Origin: Lingula anatina
Lineage: Eukaryota > Animalia > Brachiopoda
DNA length: 64,000 nucleotides
Direction of reading: 5' to 3'
Assembly (NCBI GenBank): GCA_051362555.1
Contig: CM120647.1
Span: forward strand, 8,246,001-8,310,000
The first letter of the stretch is position 1. Every line of letters begins with the position of its first letter. Positions 52,522 through 64,000 of the stretch are shown here, piece by piece. A program made the position numbers and the translations under genes. The notes under the pieces are model-generated. The model saw only the letters and a list, made by a program, of their open reading frames with translations. It ran no database searches and had not been told where the DNA came from.

Positions 52522-54921
52522 TTTTTTACACTGGCAAAAAGATGCAAAAGTTCTGTACAATTCTCTTCCTGTTAATATGAAAATAAATGACAAAATGTGT
52601 TACACATTTTTCCCCATTTATACGTTTAAAAATAGTCAAATGTTATGTACTGTTTCAACCCCATTTACACGGACAAAAAAAAAAGAGACTTGGCCAAACA
52701 TTAGATTTAATCGTGGCATTACAATGCAGAGTTTGCCATTTGATCACTTAAAATGTTAAATATCATAAGCTTGATGTGATACTCACGTCCGGAGCAACTT
52801 TGACTCCATAGTACCTAGACTTAATTGATGAAACCGTGCAACCAGATTGCTGAGAAAACATGGGATTGGGATTTTTATTATTGATGTGTTATTGTGGGTT
52901 CCCTGTGTGATATGGTCACCTGGTGACATAATTTGGGTTGTTTAGACTCTGTCTCATTTAGACCTGATTTAGACACGACTTTCCTCTCATAGTCCAGAGA
53001 CATTGTACTGACTGACGTATTGAAATTCCCCACTGTACTAACTCGCAACCACTGCACTGTTATATAAGAAACGCTACTATAACACACAGTGTTTTATTTA
53101 CCTAACACAAGACACACCTAACACACAGTTATATAACTAATACACTGTCATACAACACCTCACACATAACATACTGTTATGTCACTAAGGGCGCATTACC
53201 ATAGATTTTAGATTGATCTATCCCCGTGGGGAGTCTCACTAGATTACTGTCAGATAATCCGGCTTAAATGTCCGTCCCGCCTACTACAAGCTGTAAGGGG
53301 GTAATTAACTTTCGTGCCCTCTCAGCTGACAGTTATTTAGCGTGAACCCCCAGGGAGTTAGGTCGATCTAGTTGGATCGATCTAATCTCTGGGAATGGGG
53401 TCTAAGACATATTCACACCTTAAACACTGTCACTCCGAATGCTCTGGCACACCTAACACACTGCCAATCAAGCACACTGTCACACCTAACACACTGCCAT
53501 AACAAACACACTGGCACACCTAACACACTGCCATAACAAACACACTGGCACACCTAACACACTGCCATAACAAACACACTGTCACACCTAACACACTGCC
53601 ATAACAAACACACTGGCACACCTAACACACTGCCATAACAAACACACTGGCACACCTAACACACTGCCATAACAAACACACTGGCACACCTAACACACTG
53701 CCATAACAAACACACTGTCACACCTAACACACTGCCATAACAAACACACTGGCACACCTAACACACTGCCATAACAAACACACTGGCACACCTAACACAC
53801 TGCCATAACAAACACACTGTCACACCTAACACACTGCCATAACAAACACACTGGCACACCTAACACACTGCCATAACAAACACACTGTCACACCTAACAC
53901 ACTGCTATAACAAACACACTGGCACACCTAACACACTGCCATAACAAACACACTGTCACACCTAACACACTGCCATAACAAACACACTGTCACACCTAAC
54001 ACACTGCCATAACAAACACACTGGCACACCTAACACACTGCCATAACAAACACACTGTCACACCTAACACACTGCTATAACAAACACACTGTCACACCTA
54101 ACACACTGCCATAACAAACACACTGGCACACCTAACACACTGCCATAACAAACACACTGTCACATCTAACACACTCACATCTAACACACTGCCATAACAA
54201 ACACACTGTCAAATTTAACACACTGCCATAACAAACACACTGTCACATCTAACACATTCTCACACCAAATGCTCTGGCATATGAAACACACTGTCACCCC
54301 TTACACACTGCCAAACCAAGCATATACCAATCTTTGACACTGTGCAATCAGTTGATGGACCATTTTGTCTTTGTAGGATTTGATGGCACAACAAATGTAC
54401 TGGCTTGTAAACTCTATGGGATACCTACAGAGGGTAGCAAAATTTTGGTGTCGTTTTCCCCATCTCTGTTGTGATTATGCTTGTACAGGGAGGTCCAAAT
54501 TATTATGGAAAAATAAGTGATCTGTGCTGCCCTCTGCTGCAGTTTTGAAATTCTCTGTATTTTCTATTAATTGTTTAGTTATTACATTTATTTTATGAAA
54601 CAAACAGTTTTCCTTTTCTTTTTTATGTAAACATTAATATTTTTTCCAAATTCAACAATATAAAAGCAGAGAATCAGATATGAAGAGCACTCATAGTTTT
54701 CCCTTAAATAATTTTTTAATTGCAATAAGTGAAAGGTTAGATTTTGAAGTGTTTGGATCTCCCTGTATTTTGGATGAAAACTGTGTAGAAATCGTACTGA
54801 AATCATTGCTGCTGCGGCAAGCTGCTTTTCTTCTCTTTCTGCTCCATTGGTCAGGTGTTTTAGTTGAGGTGGATCCAGATAATGTTTTATGTTTTACATT
54901 TTAAAAAATGTTTAACATTTG

Positions 54922-54953
<32 letters not shown>

Positions 54954-55410
54954 TTGCAAAATACCCATTTTTGAAATATGGACCACAGTTACTTTTCACT
55001 TTATTTCAGTGGGAAAAAAATCTATAAACAATGAACTTTTTCTATGTTTATTATTATTATTATTCTAAATTGTACACACGTAAAAGAACAGTAATTACTA
55101 CTGTAATGTTTATTATCTGTGCCTGAATCCCTTCCAACTTCTTTCAAAACATGTCTGGATCTGCTTCATGTATTTTTAATGAATATGTCTTAATATTATG
55201 TGCCTGATTTTTTTTGACAGCAAGATTATTTTTATCACGTGATTTCATTGTGTGGAAAAAACAAGGTTTTGTGTTGCAGTGGTCGTAGATTCTGTAAGTC
55301 CTGCACTGTCATGCCCTTCATCCTGTTTTGTGATTTTGGTAGCTCAGGCTTCTATATATGTTTTTATTTTAAAGTGAGAAAGATTGTGAGACTTCATAAC
55401 TGTGTTGTAT

Positions 55411-55449
<39 letters not shown>

Positions 55450-57160
55450 TTATCCTAATATGCTGCCCTCTGTTGGTGTAATAAAAGTTTTGTGCTGCTC
55501 TGTTGAATTTGTTCAAAATAAAAGTGAACACTGTAAAACTGATTTAAATTCTTGATAAAAAAATTGATGAAAAACAAGGATTTCAAGCTGATTAATTTGC
55601 ACACAAACAGTGATGTTTTGTTATTTAAATGATATTATCTGTCATATGCCAACTGATACCAAAATGAAATGCACCTGGAATATGGGTTCCATAAATTTTG
55701 CTTGGGCTTTTGGGCATAGTTCTTTGATTTTGATAATTTTGGTCACAGGTTACTTTTTAGAACAGTAAATGTATAAATTTTATATATGCCTTAATTTAAT
55801 GTTTGTATTCTTTATACAGGTGTACTAAAACATGTTAAATAGTCACACAAAGGAAAATGTAATACATATAAGTTTCTTTGGTCATTCTTAAATGTAATTT
55901 AGAAATTTCCCCTCATACATGTTCACTCAGTTGATTGATCTTCTAATTTAAGGATTTGATGGCACAAGCAACGTCCTGGCAGGAAAGCTCTTTGACATAC
56001 CTGTAAAGGGAACGCATGCCCATGCGTTTGTCACCTCCTACGAGAAGTTGGATGACGTCCATGAGAGAGTAAGTATCATGTCAACCATTTGGGACATTCC
56101 ATTATCAACTTAAACACATCAATAGGGATCGGAACATCTTGGCAGATTGTAAATATTGTATCACTTCATGTCTTCTAACTTGAAGGTACTTTTTCCCCAA
56201 CTTACATCTGTACACCCAATCCTGGGAAACGCCATGGTTTCTATTTTAAAGCTTTAAAGGGATAATAACTCTTTGTTTCGGCCAAAAAATGAATTTTCCT
56301 GGAGTAAACAACAATTTTCCCATACTTACCAATGGTTAATGAATCCATTTTTACATTCAAAGTTAGTCCCTGGTTTTTTTCTAAAAAGTTTGGTTTTTTG
56401 TTAAAATCTCTTAAGAGATTTTAAGAGAGTGTAGCCATCAATGGAGGTCACGTGGTCTAAAGACAAGCTCAGATATCAGAACAATAGCTATAACTGCCGT
56501 TTTTGTGGTAAAACAGAATATATTATATTTCTATGAGTTATTCAAAATGTCTTTATTGTGAAATATAGATCTCATACGAAGAGTTATTATCCCTTTAAGT
56601 GTTTGGAGGGGAATTAAGTGTTAGGAGGGGCAAGGAGGGGGAACTTGGAAATGAATTTCCTATTCTTAGCTTTTATGAGCTTTACTGATTGATATGCTTA
56701 AATGACTTAACTATATAATTATTCAGTTTCAGAAAAAATATTAAAGAGAAGTAGATAAATGAGTAAAATATCAATAATATTTAATTAGATTTTTAAAGGG
56801 AAAGGGTTGTAATTGTATGTGCTTGATTTTCTTCTATCAATGAAATATTTTTAGACTATGACAGCAAAGGATGGCTCAAAAACGGTAGATTTTGTCAGTC
56901 TGTGTGAGCAGAAATTGGAGGAGCTTTCCAAAGTATTAGGTGAGTACTAATGGTGTGTTGCGTTATATTTTGATTTTAAAGATGTGATGCTAAAAACTTC
57001 CCTCATGTGAGTAAAGAAGAGCAATTTTTTCCTCTCCAACCCCATGCCATGCACTTTCATTCAAAATACAGTGGCTGTGTGGCTTTTTTTCACTACAAGT
57101 AGTACAGTATTATGTCTCTCAACAATTTTACTGGTCATTATATATAAAATGTTACATGGT

Positions 57161-57191
<31 letters not shown>

Positions 57192-60100
57192 GGGGCTACT
57201 AACCCTTATGTTCCACTCAAAGTTTATACATTTAACTGGGTGTGTTGAGCATGTGGGATATGTTTACATAGTAGCGAGGCTTTTAATTTGACACAAACTG
57301 GCATGAAATGGGGAAAACTGTACAGCTCTACATGAAGTTGGCCTATATATTAGTAATACCCTCATTTTCACCTTCCATTTTTCCCCAGGTTTCCCCATAG
57401 ACCAGGTTCACATGGGTGAGTTGGCCGCCTTTGTGTCCTACGCCCGCGCCTTCCCCACTGGCTTCCTGGCCCTCCTGGATACCTATGATGTCATGAAGTA
57501 AGACTTTGACCCTAGTGTCCTGAGATTTTTTTTTTTTCGTTTTTGAGATGAAGAAGAAATTGTGCTCTTAGTTTTATTTTTAAGTGAGAGATTTTTATGT
57601 AAAAGGGTAGTAGTCTAGTGGGATTTCCACAAAAGATGAATGGTAGGGGCATTTTGGGGTAAAAGTTGGGAACCAGGCTTATTGGCATAATTTTGGGATG
57701 CTGAATCCGATTTACCCGGTTCCCAAGCGAAATTTTGCGTTTTTAACGGTCTTATTTGCAAAAAAACAAAATGGCCGCCAGATTTCCTATTTTCTGCAAT
57801 ATCTCTGGAACTAGACAGGCAAATATTACAAATGAAGTGTCTTTACCTATATTTTCAGGGTCGAGGAACATTATTAAGATGTTTCTGTTAGAATTAGATT
57901 TACTCAATTTTCCAAAATATGCAAATTAGGATCGCCATTATTGAAAAACCATTTTACTTCTGTATCTCTGTAACTAGGCAAGCAAACATGACAAATGAAG
58001 TGTCTACACCTATGTTATCAGGGTCAGGGAATGTGATAAATCAGATGTCTTGTCTTTTGGGTAGCACTGACTTTGTGAATCATGTCCGAGTAGCACCTTT
58101 TATTGTTTCTTCCCTGTATCTGTCAAACACAAGTCAATCTGCTGATAGTTAGAACCTGCCTTCAGAACTGCTTTTGCGTTAACTAGGCAAGCAAACATGA
58201 CATATTAAGTGCCCACACCCATGTTTTTAGCATTAGGGAAAGTGATTAAGACATTTTCACTATAATCAAATCAGCAATGAGTGCTACACTGTCACACTGT
58301 AGCAATTATTCGAATCTGAATTGAATTTTGCAATTAAATACTGCGCTGCCATTGGGATGTAAACATATTGGATCACACAACTGCCCCTTTTACCTAGATT
58401 TAAAAAAGATTACCTTATTAATGCAATGGAGGGATTTGCCGAATCATCTTATTCATGTGATGCAATGTACAGACCTCACATTTAAAATGGGTTTTTTCAA
58501 ACATATTTTCTTTTTTCCTATATATTAGTAATGGATGAAAAAAACACTTGTTATCGTGTTCGATATGGATTTAATAAATCAACCCTTGTGAATACATCAT
58601 CAAAAATTTGATTTAAATACGTATTCATATCAGCGTTATAAACAGCGCATGGATAATTTTATAGCTGATAACAACGAGATATTAAATTCTTAAGAACTCG
58701 ATATTATCAAGAATATCAGTTGGTAAGGATTTTCTCTCACACAAAAGAATCATCAAGACAAATGTGAAAAATGGAAACTGATAACAACGCGTGCAGCCTC
58801 TTCTAGCTGCAACCAGAGCCCTCATTCCATGCAGAGAGGTTTCTGAGAGTGTGATCCAGTATTTTGTTACACGCATTAGTCAGAGATTGCATAAGCTTGT
58901 GCCGATTTGTAGGCTGGACGGGTAAACTCTTGATTCTGCTAGCGATTTATGCCCACTGGTTTTCTATAGAATTCATGTCAGGGGAATTTCGTCGGCCAAG
59001 GCAACTGGTTTACCTCTTGGTTTTGCAGAAAAGCAGTTATTGCATGGGCATGGTGTGGTCGGGCATTGTCATCTTGCAGGATGAAGTTGTCCTGGAAGTA
59101 CCTTCTTGCAAATTGCAGCAAGTACTCTCTAAAATGTCCCTGTATTTTATCTGGTTGAAGTTTCCGTCAATTGCCACCAATATTGTTTTGGCTCCAGAGT
59201 GGAAACCGGCCCATACAGAGATACTGCCACGGCCACAAGTCACTGTAGTGTGACACAATCCTCGTGCAGTAACTCGTCTGGAAACCTTCTGACTCTGATT
59301 CAGCCATCGCGGTGGTGGAATTCAAACCCTGCCTCATCTGTAAAAATCTACATGAACCCAGTGCTGTGCCTGGAACCGCAAATGGCGTCTAGCCCACCAT
59401 GTTGCTCTGTTCATAGAGTTAACCAGCTAAAAGTAGCCTTGCATTCACTAGAGTTCTAGAAACATGCTTTTGAATGGTAATTTGGCACTCATTTTGTACA
59501 GCAAGAGTTGTCTTTATCCAGTTGTTACGACATAACCGCAGAAGCAAGCGGTATTTGCATCCGCGGACTCCCCCTTCAAATAATCCTGGATCCGCCTCTG
59601 CTCATCTTGCCTTATAATTGATGGGCAAGCACTGGCAATTTCACTGGGAAGGTCTGACAATGCAGTGACCTTTGGTAATTTGGCTGACACGTACGTAAGA
59701 GCAGTTCTGAAGGCAGGTTCTAACTATCAGCAGATTGACTAGTGTTTGACAGATACAGGGAAGAAACAATAAAATGTGCTACTCGGACATGATTCACAAA
59801 GTCAGTGCTACCCATCAGACAAGAAATCTGATTTATCACATTCCCTGACCCTGAGAACATAGGTGTAGACACTTCATTTGTCATGTTTGCTTGCCTAGTT
59901 ACAGAGATACAGAAGTAAAACGGTTTTTCAGTAATGGCGATCCTAATTTGCATATTTTGGAAAATTGCGTAAATCTAATTCTAACAGAAACATCTTAATA
60001 ATGTTCCTCGACCCTGAAAATATAGGTTAAGACACTTCATTTGTAATATTTGCCTGTCTAGTTCCAGAGATATTGCAGAAAATAGGAAATCTGGCGGCCA

Positions 60101-63100
60101 TTTTGTTTTTTTGCAAATTAGACTGTTAAAAACGCAAAATTTCGCTTGGGAACCGGGTAAATCGGATTCAGCATCCCAAAATTATGCTATCAAGCCTGGT
60201 TCCCAACTTTTACCCCAAAATGCCCCTTGCTTCTTATGCAGAGCCTTTTTTCAAAAATCTCACTAGACTATAGGAGGAATTTAGAAATATAAAAAAATGA
60301 AGATGTTATGATTATTGAGGATTTCAAGGTTAGAGACTTCGAAAATGTGACAGTTGAAAAGAAAAAAAAAGTAAAGAATCAAAACTTGAGGACCACCTGC
60401 ACTTAAAAGAAAAAAATTATAGCTTTGTGAATTTTGAACAAAGAAACATATATTTGGCCTTTGATTACATAGTCCAGTCATACCAAAAGGATGAGATAAA
60501 ATACAGTAGTTGCTGTTTCTATTGCCTTTATTGTTATGTAAATGAATTATAAAATGGATATTCAGTGTTTTGTTTTGAAGTAGTGCCCACTGAATGTAGG
60601 TATTTACCCCTGTCACAAAGAAAGCATGAGATAAATGATATAATTATTTTCCCATCTTCAGATCTGGCGTCCATAACTTCTGTGCAGTCTGTCTAGCCCT
60701 CCATGACCTTGGTTATCGTCCAGTTGGGGTCAGATTGGACAGTGGTGACCTGGCCTACCTGTCCCTGCTACTGAGGGAGAGATTTAAGAAGGTGGCAGAA
60801 AAGTGAGTATTTTTACAATTCTTATAGTAGCACATATAGTAACATACAAAGTGGTGTTAACACTAGCCCTTTGCCAAATGCTAGAAAACTGATAATGCTG
60901 CCTATTGCATAGTATTATTATAAAGTAATAAGTCTAGCAGTCCCAGTCAGTATGTAAATACTCTTTAAAATCTTGAGATGTAAGTTGACCCCCTAATGTA
61001 TAAGGCCACAATCAACATGTTACTGCCCAAATGTGGTACATAGCTAAGCTGCCCCAACCAGAGTGTAAATTCTCATTAAGTCCTTGCCTGTGAGTTGACA
61101 TGCTTTTTAAATTTGTTTCTGCTTCAGCTGACATAATTTGTGACATTTTTTCTCCTCAGGTTCAACTTGGACTGGTTTGGCAAGTTGACGATAGTTGCCA
61201 GCAATGACATCGATGAGGACACCATTCACTCACTAAATCAACAGGTAGGTACTTTGTCACATGTCACCTGACAGATCAACTGACGTAATTGACATAAAAA
61301 AAAGATATGTGTGACACAAAGGCTTGTCATTTGTCACATGTCACATGACAAGAAAGCAGTACAACATTGGACACTAAATTTAACATTCCTGATGCAACAG
61401 CTGTCAAAGTTGACACTCCATGCAACTATTGTCACTTCTGACACACGTCACAGAACTACACACTGTCAGATGACACTTATACAAAACTCGATACACATAG
61501 CACAAAATGTCTCTCACGCCCAGAAATTTGTATTGGCCTGTGTCATTGAACAAGTTATAGAGAGGATTTATCTGGGTGTTTTTATTCCCATGGATCCCCC
61601 ATAGCTCCATACCTTTATGGCTTTAATTTTCCAGATGGTATTTTAAAAGGTCCTCTTTCGCCTCAGAAGTAAAATTTTTTATTCTATGTATTTTCAGGGT
61701 CACTCCATAGATGCGTATGGGATAGGAACACATTTAGTTACTTGTAAGAAACAGCCAGCTTTGGGCTGTGTGTATAAGGTACGTGATAGATGCAAATACA
61801 GCATAGGGCTATGAATATAAACTTTGTGATAGAAGTAAAGACCCCATTATTCTGTTTTTAAAATTATGATATGTCTTGATCATCTGTCAAAAAAATAATA
61901 ATATTGTCCAATTTCCTTTTGTTGCAGTTCATTAACAATTTTGACATAAAAGTTAATCAATAATTTTGAAAAATTGGATAAAATTTTAAGTGCTAGTTTG
62001 AGCAATGGTCATTTATCTCGTTCCACCCATGGTCTGTAAATGTAACCAAAGACACAACATAAATCTTAAAAAATTGATGAGCATTTCTCTCTCCAGCTTG
62101 TAGAGATAAACGGCCTTGCAAGGATAAAACTAAGTCAAGACGTGGAGAAGGTGACGACACCAGGAAAAAAGGTCGCATACAGATTATTTGGAAGTGATGG
62201 TAAGTGGTGTTCAGAAGGCATTTGGTAGAGAAGGGTTTCCCAATTTCTAAGCATTCTTTTCTAAACCAATTCACTTCGATAGCCTAATTTATGCCATTTT
62301 CACATCATGAGGAGAAATAACCTGTATTTCAGAGTTTTGAAAGAATGACAATTATTTAGCCTGATATTTACAAAAGAGAATTTTCAAAGTGTTGCCTTCC
62401 AGCTCATGCTTACAAGTAAACACGATTTAAATTGATAAATTTTAATTGGCCAATGCACTTGGAGTCCAGCACACATGTAAAGAAGCAAACGCCCAACCAC
62501 CCTCCCTTTTTTGTATGTACATGTTGTGATCAATCAAGACTTTAAAAAAAGAATGAAAGAAAGAAAATAATGAAATCCACACTTTCACTTTCACTTTCAG
62601 GTAATGCTCTGCTAGACTTAATGACCCAGTCAGAGGAGGAGCCGCCCAAGGTCAAGGAGAGAGTCCTTTGCAGACACCCTTTTGTAGAGTCCAAAAGAGC
62701 CTATGTTATACCTGCCTATGTGGAATGTCTGCACAAATTATATTGGAAAGATGGACAGGTTTGTTCCTTTGTGTTGAAATAGAAACTTGTTAATGAGTTT
62801 GGCTAGACTTAGATTTCAGGATTTTGTTTCTTTCTGGCTGTTGGTCCGCAGAAAACTGTTTGTTTGAATCAAAATTAGCTTTGTTGTCGGAAGATAAAAT
62901 TTATGTGTTCTTTTTTCAGTATTTCTTTTAAGGTATTGTAACAGTATTTTAAGCTTTTACTTGTTATTTATTTATTTATTACACAGGTGCAACAGCCATT
63001 ACCCAAAATGAAAGAAATAAAAGAGAGAGCCTTGGCGTCATTGAATAAACTAAGACCGGACCATAAAAGGGCGTTGAATCCCACCCCATATAAGGTAAGA

Positions 63101-63575
63101 AAAACAATTATTTCCAAACTGTCTTGCAACAAGCGCTGAATGCACCTGAAACGGGATTGACTACGGGATTGATGTACTGTGCTTTAAGTTGTTTTATGAC
63201 CAGATAACTTGTTCAACACAAGATTTAGAGCCAACTTTTATATGCTAAAATACAATTCATGACCAGCAAGATATCATGATGCTAAAAAGCCACCGACTAC
63301 TTTTGATGATGCAGTAGTTTTACTAAATGGGACACTGAAGGCTTTTTTCCCCAAAATGAGCAGTATATTTTATGGAGATAGTAAATAATTGAAAACCTGT
63401 GATGAAGACCTTATAAGAATCTTTCAGCTTTGTTCATTTTAGGCATTGATTCCAAGTTGATGTCAGTTCTGAAGCTTTAACATTTTTTTTTCTTTAGGTA
63501 TCTGTGTCAGATCAACTTTACAACTTCATGCATGATTTGTGGTTGGACAATGCACCAATAGGAGAGCTTTCCTAA
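45385..63575 (+). CDS. NAPRT: Nicotinate phosphoribosyltransferase, about 553 aa, 14 exons
   Basis: Exons 45385-45469, 47059-47229, 51580-51790, 52328-52458, 55953-56068, 56855-56939, 57389-57497, 60662-60802, 61160-61244, 61698-61778, 62097-62199, 62601-62758, 62987-63094, 63498-63575; 1662 nt in frame, all GT-AG. Motifs [102 protein letters not shown]. Confidence 0.97.
46556..46689 (+). mobile_element. Degenerate hAT-like MITE (CAGGGATGAGA terminus); related sequences at about 36290 and 50065-50437
   Basis: CAGGGATGAGA...TTTTGGGAGCCAAAA...CTAGGCAGCCC..GGACT is shared with the 50065 copy. Imperfect right TIR TCTCAACTCTG. Confidence 0.5.
47271..48584. mobile_element. Non-autonomous hAT-like element with 6-bp TSD
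   Basis: CAGTCTG...CAGACTG termini, exact TSD GGTATA (47265-47270 and 48585-48590), and ACTAGCCCG/CGGGCTAGT subterminal motifs repeated at both ends. Confidence 0.8.
51273..51496 (-). mobile_element. PIF/Harbinger-type MITE, copy 5 (more diverged)
   Basis: TAA TSD; interior in reverse orientation. Confidence 0.85.
53189..53402 (+). mobile_element. PIF/Harbinger-type MITE, copy 6
   Basis: TAA TSD; same internal sequence as copy 1. Confidence 0.88.
53447..54260 (+). repeat. 34-bp minisatellite, about 23 copies, in NAPRT intron 4
   Basis: Unit CACACCTAACACACTGCCATAACAAACACACTG(G/T), with degenerate units on both flanks. Confidence 0.95.
54377..54474 (+). CDS. NAPRT: Duplicated alternative NAPRT exon 5a (truncating / alternative terminal exon)
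   Basis: Strong acceptor TTTTGTCTTTGTAG in the same phase as exon 5b. Encodes (G)[31 protein letters not shown], versus (G)[25 protein letters not shown]... in exon 5b. Whether it is used is not shown by the sequence. Confidence 0.7.
56258..56594 (+). mobile_element. Kolobok-like MITE (TTAA TSD), short copy
   Basis: TTAA|AGGGATAATAACTCTT...AAGAGTTATTATCCCT|TTAA. Confidence 0.88.
57611..60270. mobile_element. Academ-like non-autonomous DNA transposon with ~570-bp TIRs in NAPRT intron 7
   Basis: TAGTCTAGTG...CACTAGACTA termini and 3-bp TSD TAG (57608-57610 and 60271-60273). Arms 57611-~58180 and ~59695-60270 are near-perfect inverted copies apart from a short diverged subterminal stretch. Confidence 0.8.
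58850..59402 (-). pseudogene. Degraded Tc1-family (DDE) transposase fragment
   Basis: Minus-strand motifs in order, with frameshifts and a stop: WARRHLRF...W, IFTDEAGF...[57 protein letters not shown]. Confidence 0.9.
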
Positions 63576-63756
63576 GTCATGTGACATTTGTCAGCCAATA
63601 GGAATTTTTCTCCGAGTCATAAGCATATTGTACATTGTCACTAGTCATGTTATATTAGATAACCAAAGAAGGTGACATCTGGCAACCAATAGGCGGAAAT
63701 AATTTTGTCATGTGACATACGACAGCCAATAGGAGAAAACCATTATGTCATGTGAC
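63555..63756 (+). promoter_or_regulatory. 40-bp-period CCAAT + E-box (GTCATGTGAC) composite motif array overlapping the NAPRT stop
   Basis: CCAATAGG at 63555, 63595, 63686 and 63726. GTCATGTGAC at 63576, 63707 and 63747, with partial sites at 63616 and 63672. Spacer lengths are fixed while spacer sequences diverge. Confidence 0.55.
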
Positions 63757-64000
63757 CTGGGAACCACAAGGAGCAAGTGTCTTTTCACAGCTGAGTCAAG
63801 ATTACTGCCAGAAATCAATTTCCAGCTGAAGGCCTACAATTTGAGGGATGTTTGCAATATTGGAAAGACCCAGCCAGTGGTAGGATTTTTTATAGATAAA
63901 TTAAATTTATAAATATTTAAAAATCATAATTGTAATAAACTTGGGTTTGGTGTCTAAGTGAGCGTTGCCTAGTCCATTTTTACCATGTGACAAATACATG

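Noticed and set aside
57919-59953. Two near-identical 77-aa ORFs on opposite strands
   Set aside because: They are mirror images produced by the transposon's inverted arms and show no protein motif.

Overview
Eukaryotic, AT-rich, intron-containing invertebrate DNA. The repeat types suggest a lophotrochozoan, probably a mollusc (inference). The ORF track mostly misses the genes, so exon models were built by hand from GT-AG sites with frame checks. In order, the window holds: an intronless secreted Cys-rich ORF (+, 1.5-2.0 kb); a 5-exon C14orf93-like gene (+, 8.3-12.9 kb); DTWD1 with a long low-complexity insert (-, 13.9-16.3 kb); a THEG/SPMAP2-like gene (+, 19.7-24.5 kb); an unknown small single-pass membrane protein gene (-, 32.1-45.1 kb); and, head-to-head with it, a complete 14-exon NAPRT gene (+, 45.4-63.6 kb). 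Introns carry many non-autonomous transposons recognisable by termini and target-site duplications (TSDs): IS3EU-like, Kolobok-like, PIF/Harbinger MITEs, a hAT with 6-bp TSD, an Academ-like element carrying a Tc1 relic, a Helentron-type HINE, and a tRNA-containing solo LTR. The most notable observations are: (i) a diverged duplicate of NAPRT exon 5 that would end the protein just before the phospho-His motif; (ii) a fixed-spacing CCAAT/E-box array overlapping the NAPRT stop codon; (iii) the apparent DTWD1 promoter and first exon lying inside a transposon; (iv) a 74-bp tandem array that multiplies a splice donor. No database searches were run, so family names come from motif recognition.
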